Sequence record: OQ722176.1
DNA: 64,000 nucleotides
Strand: one strand, 5' to 3'
The notes beneath the pieces were generated by a model. That model was not told the origin of the DNA, searched no databases, and saw nothing but the letters and a program-made list of their open reading frames with translations. A program made the translations under genes and the position numbers. Below are positions 17,927 to 27,864 of the stretch, piece after piece (position 1 is the stretch's first letter; each line of letters starts with the position of its first letter).

Positions 17927-18859
17927 ATGAGTTTAGAGGGTTTCTTCAAACGAAAGACAAAATCGTTTGACGGCTTGCCAGCGGGTGTTAATCTCGTTGA
18001 CTTTAGCCAGATTGTTTTGAGTACAATCATGGCGACATATAAGCCGACTGATTTACTTACAGTCGATTTGATTCGACACATCGTTCTAAACACGTTGCGT
18101 AGTAACGTATTAAAGAACAAAATTAAATACCCACGCATCATCTTGTGCATTGATAACGGCAAAGGCGGTTATTGGCGTAAGAAAGAAGCTTGGTATTACA
18201 AATACAAGCGTAGTGAGCAGCGAGAAGAATCTGGTTGGGACTTTGACACCATTTTCGAAGCAATGGCAACTATCAAAGAAGAAATTAAGCAGAATATGCC
18301 GTATTTCGTTATGGACATTGAAGGCGTTGAAGCCGATGACCATATTGGTGTGTTGACTAACTATTACGTAAGTAAAAACGTACCTGTTTTAATCACGTCT
18401 TCAGACGGTGACTTTACTCAGTTGCACACGAGCAAGCTTGTGTCACAGTGGTCTCCAATTCAGAAGAAGTGGGTAAAACCAAAACATGGTTCGCCAGAAA
18501 TGGACATCATGTTCAAGTGCATCAAAGGCGATAAGAAAGACGGTGTTGCACCGATGAAAGCGCCAAATGATCACTATACACATGGTGATGGTCGTCGTGC
18601 GCCTTCTGTTCGTAAAGAAGAGCTTCGCACGCTTATGACTTCTACGCCAGAAGAGCTTAAAACTCTTCTTACCGACGAGCAATTTGCTCGTTACGAAGAA
18701 AACAGAAAATTGTTAGATTTCGCGTTTATTCCTAAGAATATCAGTGATAGTATTATCGAACAATTTGAATCGCAAAAGCCTGCACCGCGCAGCAAAATCA
18801 TGATGTATTTCGCTTCTAAGAAGTTAGATAAACTGATTGAAAGCATGAGCGAATTTTAA
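17927..18859 (+). CDS. rnh: RNase H / 5'-3' exonuclease
   Basis: VDFSQI, VEADDHIGVL, SSDGDFTQL, KGDKKDGVA. Confidence 0.96.
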   Translation: MSLEGFFKRKTKSFDGLPAGVNLVDFSQIVLSTIMATYKPTDLLTVDLIRHIVLNTLRSNVLKNKIKYPRIILCIDNGKGGYWRKKEAWYYKYKRSEQREESGWDFDTIFEAMATIKEEIKQNMPYFVMDIEGVEADDHIGVLTNYYVSKNVPVLITSSDGDFTQLHTSKLVSQWSPIQKKWVKPKHGSPEMDIMFKCIKGDKKDGVAPMKAPNDHYTHGDGRRAPSVRKEELRTLMTSTPEELKTLLTDEQFARYEENRKLLDFAFIPKNISDSIIEQFESQKPAPRSKIMMYFASKKLDKLIESMSEF

Positions 18860-18866
18860 AAAAACT

Positions 18867-18895
18867 GTTTAGAACAACTCGTGCTGCTGTATAAT
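18867..18895 (+). promoter_or_regulatory. GTTTA-class promoter
   Basis: GTTTAG..gcTGTATAAT upstream of dsbA. Confidence 0.75.
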
Positions 18896-18941
18896 GAGCA
18901 GCACGAAACAACGACATTGAACAAAACATATTGAGGTAACG

Positions 18942-19214
18942 ATGGACATTCTTGAATACGAAACAATTTCAACTCCACAAGACAAGCAAGAAGTAGTTAA
19001 CATGGTTAAAGAAGCTTCTGCGTCTTTGCTTCGCATTGATTCTGAGCGTGATCTAATGAAAGACATTGCGAATCGTGCAAAAGAAGAATTCGAAATCAAA
19101 CCTGCTGATTTCAACAAAGTTGTGAAGATGTATCACAAGCAGAATCGCCAAGAAGAACAGGCGAAGCACGAGAAAGTTGACAATCTATACGAGAAGCTAT
19201 TTGATGAAGAGTGA
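18942..19214 (+). CDS. dsbA: double-stranded DNA-binding protein DsbA
   Basis: IKPADFNKVVKMYHKQNR..LYEKLF; synteny rnh-dsbA-33-59-32. Confidence 0.9.
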   Translation: MDILEYETISTPQDKQEVVNMVKEASASLLRIDSERDLMKDIANRAKEEFEIKPADFNKVVKMYHKQNRQEEQAKHEKVDNLYEKLFDEE

Positions 19215-19497
19215 AGACTACGTTCTTAAAGAAGAGCTTGGCGATTTAGTGCCGCCTATCAAAGGCAGCCTTAGACAGCAAATTTCGTTAGAGATTGAAT
19301 CAATCTACAATAGCTGTCCTGCCATGACCTATCTTGAAGCGTGTCTGTTCTTTATCGAGCAATACGATTACGACATCAGTCGATTCCCGTTTCTGATTAA
19401 TCAGACACTGCGAGACAAGATTGAGACTGAGGCGATAAATGAAAAGACTATTAGAAGTCGATTTGGTTCTTCCTCGGACTTGGGTAAATGGATATAG
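19204..19497 (+). CDS. 33: late transcription coactivator gp33
   Basis: TYLEAC..FIE..LRDKIETEAINEKTIR; synteny. Confidence 0.88.
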   Translation: MKSEDYVLKEELGDLVPPIKGSLRQQISLEIESIYNSCPAMTYLEACLFFIEQYDYDISRFPFLINQTLRDKIETEAINEKTIRSRFGSSSDLGKWI

Positions 19498-20089
19498 CGT
19501 ATTTCGCGTCTATTGTGCAGTAAAAGCACATATGGGTGGTAAGTACGACATCTCCAAGTACAAACTCGGGATGAAAACACCTAGGTCTGCGTTCGAGAAA
19601 CGTTCAGATAAGGTGTTTTTTGAACGGCTAGCCAAGCGGCTAACATTGAACGAATGCTATCAGTTACTTGTCAGTAACCTAGCAGCTAACCCTAATGCTA
19701 TCTCGTATGAAATAGCAGGTGCTGACGCTCATGAATTCTGGTTGAAACATACCGGATTTATGGAAATTTACAGTCAACACTACAAAAATGAGCTACTTTC
19801 GATTTTTACTCTTATAAATAAAGAGAACAAAAAATTTAAAGATTTGTTTAGAGGTGAGGGGCATCCAGTTATAATGCAACTCGTATTACGAAACACTATC
19901 TCAATTGAGACGTTCGTAATTCTGAATAGACTTTTAAATTTCGTCCCTGTAATCGACAAGAGCTACAGTGATGACATCTTTTGGCACGAGTTCAAGACGC
20001 GAGCTTTAGCATACGATAAGTTGCTGAAAATCGACGAAGAACTTGCGAAAGATTTGTTTATTCAAGTAAAAAATCAAAGTAAAATATAA
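19439..20089 (+). CDS. 59: helicase loader gp59
   Basis: KAHMGGKYDISKY, FEKRSDKVFF, SNLAAN, ISIETF. Confidence 0.93.
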   Translation: MKRLLEVDLVLPRTWVNGYSVFRVYCAVKAHMGGKYDISKYKLGMKTPRSAFEKRSDKVFFERLAKRLTLNECYQLLVSNLAANPNAISYEIAGADAHEFWLKHTGFMEIYSQHYKNELLSIFTLINKENKKFKDLFRGEGHPVIMQLVLRNTISIETFVILNRLLNFVPVIDKSYSDDIFWHEFKTRALAYDKLLKIDEELAKDLFIQVKNQSKI

Positions 20090-20139
20090 AACACAATACG
20101 ATACTATATCATACTATACAATACAAGGTAAAATACAAT
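20090..20139 (+). promoter_or_regulatory. putative gp32 autogenous translational operator
   Basis: G-poor leader of ATAC(A/T)A repeats upstream of gene 32. Confidence 0.55.
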
Positions 20140-21051
20140 ATGTCTATGTTCAAACGCAAATCTCCAGCACAACTTCAAGAAAAACTAGAGCAAATGTCAA
20201 GCAAAAAATCTTTTGACAATGCTGACGAGTGGAAACTATCCACTGACAAACTAGGCAATGGTGCTGCTGTGATTCGCTTCCTTCCTGCTAAAGGCGAAGA
20301 CGACCTACCATTCGTAAAAATCTTCACTCACGGTTTCAAAGAAAACGGCAACTGGTACATCGAAAACTGTCCATCGACTATCGATCTTCCATGTCCTTGC
20401 TGTGCAGCTAACGGCGAACTTTGGAAAACTGAGAACGAAGACAATCAAAACATTGCACGTAAACGCAAGCGTACTCTTTCATACTGGGCTAACATCATCG
20501 TAATCAAAGATGAAGCTGCGCCAGAAAATGAAGGCAAAGTTTTCAAATACCGCTTCGGTAAGAAAATTCTTGACAAGATCACTCAAGCTGCTCAAGCAGA
20601 CGAAGATCTAGGTGTACCGGGCATGGACGTAACATGTGTGTTCGACGGTGCTAACTTCAGCTTGAAAGCTAAGAAAGTATCTGGTTTCCCTAACTACGAC
20701 GACTCTAAGTTCGGCCCAAGCACTGAGCTATACAACGGTGACGAAGGCAAACTGAAAGAAGTTTGGGACGCAATGCACGATCTAAACGCAATCATTGCAC
20801 CATCAGCTTTCAAATCAGAAGCTGACCTACAGAAACGTTTCTTGCAAGTAACAGGTGCGGCACAGCCAAAAGCATCTGCTGCTCAAAACCTTGAAGCGCA
20901 ACTGAACACTTCTGCACCTGCTCAAGCAAACGCTCCAAAAGCTGCTGCTAAGCCAACTGCATCTGTAGCGGTTGATCCAGAGCCAGTTACTGACTCTGTT
21001 GACGACGAGCTAGACGCGCTATTGGCTGACCTAGAGCTAGGCGACGATTAA
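20140..21051 (+). CDS. 32: single-stranded DNA-binding protein gp32
   Basis: MFKRKS, AVIRFLP, HGFK..YIENCPST, CPCC zinc site, acidic tail. Confidence 0.98.
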   Translation: MSMFKRKSPAQLQEKLEQMSSKKSFDNADEWKLSTDKLGNGAAVIRFLPAKGEDDLPFVKIFTHGFKENGNWYIENCPSTIDLPCPCCAANGELWKTENEDNQNIARKRKRTLSYWANIIVIKDEAAPENEGKVFKYRFGKKILDKITQAAQADEDLGVPGMDVTCVFDGANFSLKAKKVSGFPNYDDSKFGPSTELYNGDEGKLKEVWDAMHDLNAIIAPSAFKSEADLQKRFLQVTGAAQPKASAAQNLEAQLNTSAPAQANAPKAAAKPTASVAVDPEPVTDSVDDELDALLADLELGDD

Positions 21052-21059
21052 TGAATGGT

Positions 21060-21081
21060 AAGGGGCTGAAAAGCCCCTTTG
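21060..21081 (+). terminator. terminator after gene 32
   Basis: AAGGGGCT-gaaa-AGCCCCTTT. Confidence 0.85.
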
Positions 21082-21101
21082 TTCTCTCTATAGGAGACTA
21101 A

Positions 21102-21653
21102 ATGAAAGTTCAAATCGTTTTTGCGCACGCCATGAGCAAGTCGCCACACGCCCCTTTCGGTAATCAAAACGCACTCCCTTGGAATCACAACAAAGAAGAC
21201 TTAGCACATTTCAAAGCCACGACCATGAATAGTGTGCTTGTGATGGGTTCTAAGACCTTCGAATCACTACCGGGTAAACTTCCCAATCGACCTCATATTG
21301 TGCTTACTAGCAAGCTGCACAGTGACGTTACAGCTAAGAACGGTCAACGCGCCGATGTCTATTGTAGCTGTGATGACTTCGAAAAGTTAATTACCTACAT
21401 TGAAAATGTTTATCTTATCGAAGGTTTTGATAAAATAAGTGTTATCGGTGGCCCTAGTGTTATCGAGTCTGCATTACCTTTTGCAGACTGCATATATAAA
21501 ACTACGATAGCTGAGAAAATCGAAGCGTACGACGTTGCGATTGACTTAACTAAAATTTTCATGCATTTCCCACACGCGGAAAAGCAGAATGTCATTGAAT
21601 GCGAGAATGGTTCAATGATATTCATCGACAAGTTAACAAAGGGTGACTTATGA
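21102..21653 (+). CDS. frd: dihydrofolate reductase
   Basis: LPW..EDLAHFK..VMGSKTFESL..LPNR..VIGG. Confidence 0.95.
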   Translation: MKVQIVFAHAMSKSPHAPFGNQNALPWNHNKEDLAHFKATTMNSVLVMGSKTFESLPGKLPNRPHIVLTSKLHSDVTAKNGQRADVYCSCDDFEKLITYIENVYLIEGFDKISVIGGPSVIESALPFADCIYKTTIAEKIEAYDVAIDLTKIFMHFPHAEKQNVIECENGSMIFIDKLTKGDL

Positions 21654-22390
21654 TTTTTAAGAATAACATTGGATGGTACGCAGGCGCGGGTTCAGTTCGT
21701 CATGATTTCTACATCAACGGTGTGATTGAAGAGCCAGAAGATTACAACGAAATGCTTCAAATTCTTCACACTGCTTCTGAAACTGACATCATTTATCTGC
21801 ACTTGAACACGCCTGGCGGTAACTTTGCTGCGGCTTGTCAAATCTGTGATGCGATTATGCAATCTAAAGCGGGTGCAGTTGTTGCATGTGCTGAGGGTGA
21901 AGTATGCAGCGCAGGTACTATGATTTTCCTTGCTTGTAATGGCTGGCATGTATCACCGTTTTCAACGTTCATGTTCCATACTTCAAGTGGCGGTCAAATC
22001 GGTAAAATGCCTGATACGCTGAAACAAGCGAAAGCACACGAAGAGCACTTGAACCGCGTATGTGGTCTGCTTTACGATCCGTTCTTCGACGCTGACGAAA
22101 TCGACATGATCATCAACCATAACCAAGACTTGTGGTTGACGCCTGACGAAGTAACTGAGCGACTTCAATTGATGTCTCAGAAGTTCGAAGCTGACATTAA
22201 AGAAGCTGAAGAAAAAATCGCTGGTGATATTGAGGCTCAACTTGAAGAACAAATTGCCGAGCGTGTTGCTGAAAAGCTACGTGAGCTACAAGAAGCTGAA
22301 GCTGAAGAACTTGAAGAGTTCGAAGAAGAGATTGAAATCGTCGAGAAGCCGAAGCCAAAACGCACGCGCAAAACTGTGAAGAAAGGCTAA
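21650..22390 (+). CDS. ClpP-like serine protease with acidic coiled-coil tail
   Basis: YINGVI, LHLNTPGG, CSAGTMIF, FMFH. Confidence 0.85.
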   Translation: MIFKNNIGWYAGAGSVRHDFYINGVIEEPEDYNEMLQILHTASETDIIYLHLNTPGGNFAAACQICDAIMQSKAGAVVACAEGEVCSAGTMIFLACNGWHVSPFSTFMFHTSSGGQIGKMPDTLKQAKAHEEHLNRVCGLLYDPFFDADEIDMIINHNQDLWLTPDEVTERLQLMSQKFEADIKEAEEKIAGDIEAQLEEQIAERVAEKLRELQEAEAEELEEFEEEIEIVEKPKPKRTRKTVKKG

Positions 22391-22410
22391 TATAGTCTCT
22401 GTTGTAATTT

Positions 22411-22437
22411 AAAGGGGTGGCAAATGCTGCTCCTTTC
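22411..22437 (+). terminator. putative terminator
   Basis: AAAGGGGTGGCA-aa-TGCTGCTCCTTT. Confidence 0.6.
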
Positions 22438-22457
22438 TTAGTTTAAAAGGTAAAATA

Positions 22458-23558
22458 ATGTCAGATTTAATGAAATCACTGAAAAAGTCAAGCACTTCTG
22501 GTTATGCTCAAGTTCTATCAGAAAGTAAGTTTATGTTTGACAAAGACCACACTCGTACGTATGTACCTGCGATTAACATTGCATTCAGTGGTGAAGTAGA
22601 TGGTGGCTTAACTTCAGGCTTGACAGTTCTGGCGGGTCCGTCTAAGCACTTTAAATCAAACTTAGGTCTAGTCGGCGTTGCTGCTTATCTGAAGAAGTAC
22701 CCTGAAGCGATTTGCGTGTTTATTGATACTGAATTCGGTATCACACCGTCATATTTACGTTCACAGGGGGTTGACCCAGACCGTGTTCTTCATATACAAT
22801 GTGAGAGCGTTGAGCGTATGAAGTTCGAAATGGCTAATCAACTTAAAGACCTTGCCGAGCGTAAGCGTGCTAAGAAAGCAGGTGATGAGCCAGACCGTGT
22901 TGTGTTCTTCATTGACTCAGTTGGTAACGTAGCATCAGCTAAAGAAATCGACGACGCTCAAAACGAGAAGTCGGTTGCTGATATGTCGCGTGCGAAGCAG
23001 TTGAAATCACTGTTCCGTATCATCACGCCGTATTTCACAATGCTAGACATTCCTTGTATTGCTATCAACCACACGTATCAGACTCAAGAAATCTACTCGA
23101 AAACTGTAATGTCGGGTGGTACGGGTATTATGTACTCTGCTGATACGGTAATCATTCTTGGCAAACAGCAAGAGAAAGACGGCAAAGAGATCATCGGTTA
23201 TCACTTTATCATGAACATCGAGAAGTCTCGATTCGTGAAAGAGAAGATGAAAGTCCCACTGACTGTAACTTATGAAAACGGTATCGACCCGTTCTCTGGT
23301 CTACTCGATATTGCTCTTCAAACTGGTCATGTAGTCAAACCATCGAATGGTTGGTATCAACGTGCTATGGTTGATGAAGAAACCGGTGAAATGATCATCG
23401 AAGAGAAGAAATATCGTGCGAAAGAAACGCAAACTGTCTCATTCTGGAAAGAAATCATCAACGCACCGACGTTCAAAGAAGGTGTAAAACGCATCTACTG
23501 TCTAGGTCAGCTAGACGAATCTGAACTGTTTGGCGAAGTTGATAGCCTGTTCGACTAA
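22458..23558 (+). CDS. uvsX: RecA-like recombinase UvsX
   Basis: AGPSKHFKS, DTEFG, DSVGN, INHTYQT, SGGTG. Confidence 0.97.
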   Translation: MSDLMKSLKKSSTSGYAQVLSESKFMFDKDHTRTYVPAINIAFSGEVDGGLTSGLTVLAGPSKHFKSNLGLVGVAAYLKKYPEAICVFIDTEFGITPSYLRSQGVDPDRVLHIQCESVERMKFEMANQLKDLAERKRAKKAGDEPDRVVFFIDSVGNVASAKEIDDAQNEKSVADMSRAKQLKSLFRIITPYFTMLDIPCIAINHTYQTQEIYSKTVMSGGTGIMYSADTVIILGKQQEKDGKEIIGYHFIMNIEKSRFVKEKMKVPLTVTYENGIDPFSGLLDIALQTGHVVKPSNGWYQRAMVDEETGEMIIEEKKYRAKETQTVSFWKEIINAPTFKEGVKRIYCLGQLDESELFGEVDSLFD

Positions 23559-23564
23559 TACCCC

Positions 23565-23595
23565 AAGACCCGTTGATTCTGTCAGCGGGTCTTTT
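23565..23595 (+). terminator. hairpin between uvsX and 40
   Basis: AAGACCCGTTGA-ttctg-TCAGCGGGTCTTTT. Confidence 0.7.
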
Positions 23596-23616
23596 AACCT
23601 TTTAGGACGCAATATT

Positions 23617-23919
23617 ATGAATCCATCCCAAATAAGCACAATGCTTACTGAATTAAACGAGCGTGTCAAATTTAGTATCATGATTGATGATATTGAAGTT
23701 TATATCACTGACATTCTAGTAGATAATAGCGGGAGACTCAAAGTTGAATTTGTTACTCAACATCCAGACCGAGAAGAACAAATTCGTCCGCATGTTGAGG
23801 CATGTATTATGAAACTTATTAGTGAAGAACAAAAACGAAACGGGGTAGAACAAAAATGCAAATCGAGAAGTCGATTTTCTCAAATCTTATCGAAAATCAA
23901 GAGTACTTTGCTACCGTAA
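23617..23919 (+). CDS. 40: head vertex assembly chaperone gp40
   Basis: VYITD..G..F..R..PHVEACI; lies between uvsX and 41; start corrected. Confidence 0.8.
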   Translation: MNPSQISTMLTELNERVKFSIMIDDIEVYITDILVDNSGRLKVEFVTQHPDREEQIRPHVEACIMKLISEEQKRNGVEQKCKSRSRFSQILSKIKSTLLP

Positions 23920-25256
23920 TCCCGCATTTAAAGAAAGAGTATTTTCAGTCTGCGGCGCATCAGCACATTTTCATGATGATAAAGAATCACGCGGATGAGT
24001 ATAAGCGACGTGCAACGCCTGAAGTTCTGAAAGTATGTCTTGAATCTCTTAACGGCATTAGTGAATATGACTATGCGGAAATACAGCAAACAATAAACGA
24101 ACTAGAACCACATCCGAGTCACGATTTACGTTGGCTCATTGATACGACTGAACAGTTTTGTATTGAACAAAGTGTTTTCAACGCCCTTAGCGAATCTCTA
24201 GCGATTCAAGAAAACGCAGCAAAGCCACTTGATCAACAAAACAAGCGTATTAAGTCACTTGGTGCGATTCCTGAGCTTATGCGAGACGCGCTAAACGTGT
24301 GCTTTGATACGTCGGTCGGTCACGACTACTTTGAAGACTGGGAACCTCGATACAAGTCTTATATTGAGAAAGCATCGAAACTCCCGTTCAAGATGAACAT
24401 TCTTAACAAGATCACTCAAGGTGGTGTTGAGAGAAGTACGCTGAACCTTCTTCTAGCGGGTTCTAACGTCGGTAAGTCACTTGCATTGTGTCACTTAGCA
24501 ACTGAGTATCTTCTACAAGGCTACAACGTTCTATACATCAGTATGGAAATGAGTGAAGCGGCAGTGTCGAAGCGTATTGATGCCAACTTAATGGACATCA
24601 GTATGGACGATTTCGATACTATTACTGAAAAAACATACGGCAATAAGATTCAGAATCTTGAGAAGAAAACTCAAGGTAAGCTATTCATCAAGCAGTTCCC
24701 GACGGCTGGTGCTAACGTAACTCACTTCAACACGCTCATGAACGAGCTACGTACGAAGAAAAACGTTATCCCCGACATTGTAATCGTCGATTACCTAGGT
24801 ATCTGTGCGAGTTCGCGTGTAAGTAGTTCAGAGAACACATACGTTCATGTTAAAGCAATCGCTGAAGAAATTCGTGGTTTTGCGGTTGAGCATAATGTAG
24901 CTGTTTGGTCTGCTGCTCAGACTACACGTAACGCATGGGATGCAAGCGACATGGGAATGGGTGATATTGCTGAATCTGCTGGTCTTGCACATACCGCTGA
25001 CTTGATTCTCGGTATTATGGAAACTGAAGAAACTGTCGCGCTCGGGCAACAACGAGTGAAGCAAATCAAGTCGCGTTATGCTGACCGAAATCAAGACCAA
25101 ACATTTATGATTGCTGTTAACAAAGGCAAACAACGATGGGGTGATATTGATGGTACAGCGAATTATTCAGCGCCTGCTCAGTCTCAAGCGAAATCGGCGT
25201 CTCCTTTCTCGCAGAAGAAAGAATCGTCGGCAAAAACAGAGGCGGTAAATTGGTAG
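23856..25256 (+). CDS. 41: replicative helicase gp41
   Basis: AGSNVGKSL, YISMEM, IVDYLGI, IKSRY. Confidence 0.97.
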   Translation: MQIEKSIFSNLIENQEYFATVIPHLKKEYFQSAAHQHIFMMIKNHADEYKRRATPEVLKVCLESLNGISEYDYAEIQQTINELEPHPSHDLRWLIDTTEQFCIEQSVFNALSESLAIQENAAKPLDQQNKRIKSLGAIPELMRDALNVCFDTSVGHDYFEDWEPRYKSYIEKASKLPFKMNILNKITQGGVERSTLNLLLAGSNVGKSLALCHLATEYLLQGYNVLYISMEMSEAAVSKRIDANLMDISMDDFDTITEKTYGNKIQNLEKKTQGKLFIKQFPTAGANVTHFNTLMNELRTKKNVIPDIVIVDYLGICASSRVSSSENTYVHVKAIAEEIRGFAVEHNVAVWSAAQTTRNAWDASDMGMGDIAESAGLAHTADLILGIMETEETVALGQQRVKQIKSRYADRNQDQTFMIAVNKGKQRWGDIDGTANYSAPAQSQAKSASPFSQKKESSAKTEAVNW

Positions 25257-25492
25257 AGATCATTGGGTCTAAGTTTTGTCTAGCGTGTCGTAAAGTCTGC
25301 GACACGTTAGACAAGCGAGACATTAAATACACATTTTATGATGCATTTGTTCCGAGTGAACGCTATGTGATTCTTCAGAAGATTGCTGAAGACGAAGGTT
25401 ATATTGCCCATCCGATAGCGTTTTACAATGGTGAATGCTTAGGCGAGGGTGTGAGTGTGTTATCTCGCATCGACAAGAAATTAGAGGAATGA
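25250..25492 (+). CDS. glutaredoxin-like protein (NrdH-type)
   Basis: CLAC CxxC; TTG start; upstream of nrdD. Confidence 0.75.
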   Translation: MVEIIGSKFCLACRKVCDTLDKRDIKYTFYDAFVPSERYVILQKIAEDEGYIAHPIAFYNGECLGEGVSVLSRIDKKLEE

Positions 25493-27328
25493 ATGAAAGA
25501 CGACATCTTAGACATTGTAAGTGGTTCGGGTAATAACAAAGAAAATGCCAATAAAGACTCGAAAGTGATCCCTACAATGCGTGACTTGGTAGCAGGTACA
25601 GTAGCTAAACAATACGCTCTTGAAGACTATCTACCGAAGCACATTGCAGACGCTCATGTTGACGGCGATATTCATTTTCACGACTTAGATTACAGCCCGC
25701 TATTTCCACAATTCAACTGTATGCTTATCGACATCAAAGGTATGTTCGAAGGCGGATTCAAAATGGGTAATGCTGAGATCGAAGAGCCGAATAGTATCGC
25801 GACTGCTGCGACTATCGTGACTCAAGTTATTCAGCAAGTAAGCAGCCACATTTATGGCGGCAACACTATCAACCGAATCGACGAAGTTCTAGCACCGTAC
25901 GTACGTAAGTCATATTACAAGTGGCTTGAAATCGGTAGAGAAGAACACCCAGATTCTGATTCAAAAGCAGCTATCTTTGCGCGTAAGCGTGTAGAAAAAG
26001 AAACATACGACGCATTCCAGACTTTTGAATATCAAGTTAACACAATGCAGACTTCAAACGGTCAGACTCCATTCACGACAATCAACTTTGGGTTGGGTAC
26101 ATCGTGGGAAGAAAAGCTGATTCAGAAGTGCATTCTACAAAACCGAATTGCTGGTCTAGGTAAGACTAAGAAAACTGCGATTTTCCCGAAACTCGTTTTC
26201 ACACTGCGAGACGGCGTGAACTTGAAAGAAGGCGATCCATGCTACGGCATTAAAAAGCTTGCTCTTGAGTGTGCTAGTAAGCGCATGTATCCAGACATTC
26301 TAAACTACGACAAATTAGTTGAAACAACTGGTGGGTTTAAGTCGCCAATGGGATGTCGTTCATTCTTAGGTGATTGGAAAAACGAAGCTGGTGAAACTGT
26401 ATTCGATGGTCGAAACAATCTAGGTGTTGTGTCGTTGAACATTCCTCGAATTGCAATTGAAGCATCGGGCGATACTGAACGTTTCTTTGAAATTCTGCAT
26501 GAACGCTGCACGCTTGCATACGAAGCATTGATGTTGCGCATCAAACGATTTGACGATGTGACTGCATCAGTTGCACCGATTCTGTACTGTGAAGGCGCAA
26601 TGGGCGTACGCTTGAAACCAACTGATAAAGTCAGTGAAGTATTCAAGCACGGTCGTTCAAGTATCTCACTTGGTTACATCGGTCTACACGAAGCTGTAAC
26701 GCTGCTGTCGCCTGATAAAGATATGCATACATTCGAGTCACAGCACAAGCAATTCCTTGCTGAGAAGATTGTAGAGACGCTTAGAGCGTATACTGACGCA
26801 TGGAAAGAACTGACTGGTTACGGCTTTAGTCTGTACAGCACGCCGAGCGAATCATTGTGTGATCGTTTCTGTCGTCTCGACCAAGAGAAATACGGTATCA
26901 TTACTGGTATCAATGACAAAGATTACTACACCAACTCGTTCCACTTAGATGTGTTCAAGAAAGTGAACCCATTTGAGAAAATCGACTTCGAAGCAGCTTA
27001 CCCTATTCACGCGAATGGTGGGTTTATCTGCTACGCTGAATTCCCGAACATGCGAGACAACATAAAAGGTCTAGAGCGTGTGTGGGATTATGCATACGGT
27101 AAAGTTGCATATTTCGGTACAAACACACCGATTGACCAATGTACTTGTGGCTGGTCTGGCGAAGCTCATGCAGATTCAGACGGCTATTCATGTCCTGTTT
27201 GCGGTGAACGTGACGTTGAAAAACTACACGTAACACGACGTGTCTGTGGGTATCTCGGTAACCCGGGTGCTCGTGGATGGAATCATGGCAAGACTGTAGA
27301 AATGCAAAATCGAGTTAAACACTGTTAA
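25493..27328 (+). CDS. nrdD: anaerobic ribonucleotide reductase large subunit
   Basis: HFHDLDY, PMGCRSFL, YSTPSESLC, CxC/CPVC, RRVCGYL glycyl-radical loop; no intron. Confidence 0.98.
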   Translation: MKDDILDIVSGSGNNKENANKDSKVIPTMRDLVAGTVAKQYALEDYLPKHIADAHVDGDIHFHDLDYSPLFPQFNCMLIDIKGMFEGGFKMGNAEIEEPNSIATAATIVTQVIQQVSSHIYGGNTINRIDEVLAPYVRKSYYKWLEIGREEHPDSDSKAAIFARKRVEKETYDAFQTFEYQVNTMQTSNGQTPFTTINFGLGTSWEEKLIQKCILQNRIAGLGKTKKTAIFPKLVFTLRDGVNLKEGDPCYGIKKLALECASKRMYPDILNYDKLVETTGGFKSPMGCRSFLGDWKNEAGETVFDGRNNLGVVSLNIPRIAIEASGDTERFFEILHERCTLAYEALMLRIKRFDDVTASVAPILYCEGAMGVRLKPTDKVSEVFKHGRSSISLGYIGLHEAVTLLSPDKDMHTFESQHKQFLAEKIVETLRAYTDAWKELTGYGFSLYSTPSESLCDRFCRLDQEKYGIITGINDKDYYTNSFHLDVFKKVNPFEKIDFEAAYPIHANGGFICYAEFPNMRDNIKGLERVWDYAYGKVAYFGTNTPIDQCTCGWSGEAHADSDGYSCPVCGERDVEKLHVTRRVCGYLGNPGARGWNHGKTVEMQNRVKHC

Positions 27329-27329
27329 G

Positions 27330-27353
27330 AAAGCGCCTTCGGGCGCTTTTTTT
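27330..27353 (+). terminator. terminator
   Basis: AAAGCGCC-TTCG-GGCGCTTTTTTT. Confidence 0.92.
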
Positions 27354-27373
27354 GTTTTTATTGAAAATAAAGG

Positions 27374-27402
27374 TTGCAAACGAAAATCGAAGAGCGTAAT
27401 AT
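27374..27402 (+). promoter_or_regulatory. sigma70-type early promoter
   Basis: TTGCAA-17-TAATAT. Confidence 0.75.
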
Positions 27403-27408
27403 TAACTT

Positions 27409-27447
27409 CATCGAGACGACATCGACTAACTAAGAGAGAAAATTATG
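27409..27447 (+). repeat. conserved early-gene leader, copy
   Basis: CATCGAGACGACATCGACTAACTAAGAGAGAAAATTATG. Confidence 0.88.
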
Positions 27448-27864
27448 CTATACATCAACTTAACTACATGCAGCATCACAGACGAGTTTTCAGTAGCTGA
27501 AGAATGGCGCTTAAAAGACGGTCACAACGTGCAATCTCGTTGGGATTGGTCGACGCTAGAGCGTGCAACTGAAGTGTGTAACATGCTTGATCAAGAGCTT
27601 TACATGGTAACTGATTCTGGTGCAGGTTGTTCACCTCGCTTTGACATCATCAAAAAGCCACGTGTAGGTGATGAAGTTAGCTATGCTTTCAATGGTGACA
27701 GTCGTCCCGACGGTGAAATCGCTAAGATTTCAAAAACAATGAAAATGATCACGACTACAACTGGTAGCAAATATTACCGCAAACAGTTGACAGGTCGTTG
27801 GGTTCGGGGCGGCTGTTGGACGCTAGTTCAAGGTCACGTATCAAAACTAAATGAGGCATTCTAA
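27445..27864 (+). CDS. hypothetical early protein
   Basis: 139-aa ORF behind promoter and leader. Confidence 0.8.
   Translation: MLYINLTTCSITDEFSVAEEWRLKDGHNVQSRWDWSTLERATEVCNMLDQELYMVTDSGAGCSPRFDIIKKPRVGDEVSYAFNGDSRPDGEIAKISKTMKMITTTTGSKYYRKQLTGRWVRGGCWTLVQGHVSKLNEAF

Noticed and set aside
20880-20990. Ala/Pro-rich low-complexity stretch in gp32
   Set aside because: Ordinary linker before the acidic tail
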